Both the position numbers and the translations under genes were made by a program. A stretch of DNA of 63,581 nucleotides, counting the filler, from Choristocarpus tenellus KU-1152 (lineage: Eukaryota; Protista; Phaeophyceae), in assembly GCA_964200185.2 (NCBI GenBank). It is 10 parts of 10 records of this genome, joined end to end, with 100 filler letters (N's around TTAATTAATTAA, not from the genome) between each part and the next. Parts side by side here need not be neighbours in the genome. Positions count along the whole stretch, not along the records: positions 56,490 to 60,864 come from CAXNAD020014844.1; positions 60,965 to 63,581 come from CAXNAD020026232.1; 8 more parts are not named here. The stretch is one strand, 5' to 3'. The notes under the pieces are model-generated. The model was not told the origin of the DNA. It saw only the letters and a program-made list of their open reading frames with translations, and ran no database searches. Positions 60,844-63,581 of this stretch are shown here, piece by piece; positions within the stretch are counted from its first letter, which is position 1; every line of letters begins with the position of its first letter.

Positions 60844-63581
60844 TACACTCTCATCTCTTCTAATNNNNNNNNNNNNNNNNNNNNNNNNNNNNNNNNNNNN
60901 NNNNNNNNTTAATTAATTAANNNNNNNNNNNNNNNNNNNNNNNNNNNNNNNNNNNNNNNNNNNNTCTCTAAGAACGGGACTGAATTCGTGGACTTCGAAG
61001 GGGTAGACACCAGGACATCCCAAAGGCAAGACCACGTCTGGTCGCAGCAATACACTCAAATGTGGCCTGTGCGTTCTGTAATTGCCTCAATGGGGAATTA
61101 GCGCTTGAAGAATAGGTTTAACGAACCATATGGTCACCATACCCCTTCCGGAATTACAGAATTGCATCGGAATCCGAGAGACATAGTATTCACTACTTGG
61201 ACCATAGTTCAGAGCCGGTGACGCACACCTCCTCCCATAAAGAGCAGAACGAAACCTATCGACAAAGCTCTTTTTCTCCGATATCCGCGTTCCGATATCT
61301 ATCGGAACCAAACGATGTTCCTTACGATTTCCGTTTCCGATCCCAACCATAGCACCTGTCCCGACCCTAACCCTATGCTCTTACTCTGACACTCTCTCTC
61401 ACTCTTACATGTTGATAAAATAATTTCGATTCAATTTTCCCCCTTTCTTCATCTGCTCGCTTCATGTCACATTTTGTCATATACTCTACCGTTCGTCAAA
61501 GCACAGCAAATATTGCTGCTGTACACATACAAACCTACTTCAAGTCACACAAATCGTGTCATTCTCGCCGAACGTTGTTCCACAACAGAGTGTGGCGAAA
61601 GTCGCTGCGGTCGACATACCAACTCTTTCGAGCCACACACCACCAAACCATAGTCTCAGACTCACCACAAAACTCAATCGATATCTCTTGCCCCCATAGA
61701 CCGAGGGGCGCATATGATGGTGTGCGCATACGGGGCTATGCGTTGTTCCACCACATCACATGTAACATTCAATATTGATTCAACAAAATTATCCATGGTG
61801 CATAGTAGTTTACCGTTTGTCAGAACACGTCAATTGTGTAACATACGCGAGAACACGGTGTCAGGGGCGACACCCACCCTGCACATGTCAACTGTTTCCC
61901 AACAGAAATTCGTACCAAAACACACTTTGTACCGTTGGACAAACTACCCCCAGGCACCTCGTCCTACACATGCTTCATCCTTTTTTTGGTAACCTTTTGT
62001 ATGTGGCTCGCTATTGATCGCATAATTATGCGACGCACACATTTTCAAGAGAGTATACTCAAGGTGTGAAATATAGGCTACGCAGTATATAGAAAGTTAC
62101 ATATTTATTGAAGAGTACAATTCAACGGAAATATTGACTGAGTTATTATGTACTGAGTAGAGTAAGGGTCAAGGAATCGATTTAGTGAGCGTTGAGTCGC
62201 GGGTTCGAGTATCGATAATGGATTTTCTCATTTTGTTCAATATAAGTGGCTGACACATTCTGACGTGTCTGATGATGTGCGCAATACATACTAAGATAAG
62301 GAAGAGCACCCCACCACCAAGGGCTGTGCTCACTCCGCTAGTAAATAAATCCATACAACATAAAGCAAAGACTCTTTCGGAATAGCTCTCTGTTGCATAC
62401 AAGGCAGTTTCAGTTGTTGATGCATCAAACACACCCTTCCCTATGCTTTTAAAGTGGGGTGTCATTCACCACGGCCCTTTTCCGTCTAACACCTATAGAG
62501 TGACGAAACATTGTGCGCGAGCACCTCTTTCCCCGAAGAAAGATGCAATATATTACTACTGAGGTTTTTCGCATGATGAGGATCGATCACTAGTGTCAAA
62601 GGAAACAAACCCATCCATCCAATTTACATCGTGACCTCCTTTCGATCCCACTCAGGAGACGGGGACTAAAGAGACTACCCAAGACCAGTGCCGCCCGTTC
62701 GTGGAAGAAATCCAAACGAACCAGATAATGGACCTCTTCCTCTCCATGTTTGTCAACCACAATGGATCAGAAGAGATGGAAGAGAGCGGACGCACTTGGA
62801 ACGACCTTGCCTCTTGGTTGTTGGATGAGAAGAGCAGATTTGCACCGTTGGCAAGTGCACTGCGAGTTGCGTTGGGTCGGGAACAACATGAGTCAACGCC
62901 TGATCTCCAGGTTTATACATTCCTCCAAGGTATAAAGAATGATCTTAGCACCAACCACACGCGCCAGGTGTACAAGTCCGTCCTCGTCAGCATCGCTCCC
63001 GATGTCGTAAAAGGCGACGACGGGGTGACATCAACGTTTCAACCACTTCTGTCTGTCACCGCAAAGAAGTACAACATCAGCATTGACATACTAAGATCGT
63101 CCGCCGAAAACGCACGGAATTCTTGCGAGACATGCAGCAGCAGGCGAGCCCATCCGAATCGGCTACAGATGACTTTGGGGGCTTCTCTCCCAGTTCAAAC
63201 ATAAACGTCGCTCACGACTACACTCCAGGCACCGCACACAGGTATGGAAGTTCGTCTTCTCGCTCAACCACCAACAGTGTGACACACAAACCTTCCCGCC
63301 CCCCCGGGGCGAACACATTCACTGTGTATATAGAACACTGTTTCATCACTAACGGGGATGCCCGGATGATCCCTCATACTATGCTGCACAACCGACACAC
63401 CCGCCCCTTATCTCCCATTGTTCCTCGCACAAAACGGCAGACCAAGGGTGTTCGACATGATAAGGGACAACTCATCGCGACAGTTCCATGTCTTGCATCC
63501 TGATACACATGTTCTGGGTATCACCGTGTGGGAGAGCAACAGCACCGCCATGCCCCACGATCCGGTCACATCTCATGATGC

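Overview
Eukaryotic, intron-rich, repeat-rich DNA from a photosynthetic stramenopile, most likely a brown alga or relative. That assignment is inferred from an ASAFAP-type plastid presequence on PDS, long introns and TTAGGG tracts. The window is not contiguous: ten short contigs are joined by an artificial 100-bp spacer (N44-TTAATTAATTAA-N44), so adjacency across spacers means nothing. Host genes rebuilt by hand from splice sites: a complete 9-exon phytoene desaturase (PDS, +) lying head-to-head (265 bp) with a complete 8-exon SAC3/GANP/THP3 (LENG8-like) gene that has one GC-AG intron; a partial SQD2-like GT4 glycosyltransferase; the 5' exons of a TMEM17/216-family gene; and the 5' exons of a PRP16/DHX38 helicase. 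Much of the rest is mobile DNA: CRE-like LINE relics with a dispersed 3'-derived repeat, a copia RT fragment, a plant-type mariner relic, and a Sola2-like transposase relic. The best candidate for an undescribed system is that Sola2-like relic together with three MITE families that share an AAAGTATCT TIR core and GTCCATTTGG motifs. These MITEs show a mix of 4-bp and 3-bp target-site duplications, and include a full-length hairpin form and a triple self-nested insertion. Gene bodies are also strongly CpG-depleted while gene 5' ends are CpG-rich, which suggests DNA methylation. No CRISPR, rRNA or tRNA could be supported. All calls are by eye; no searches were run.
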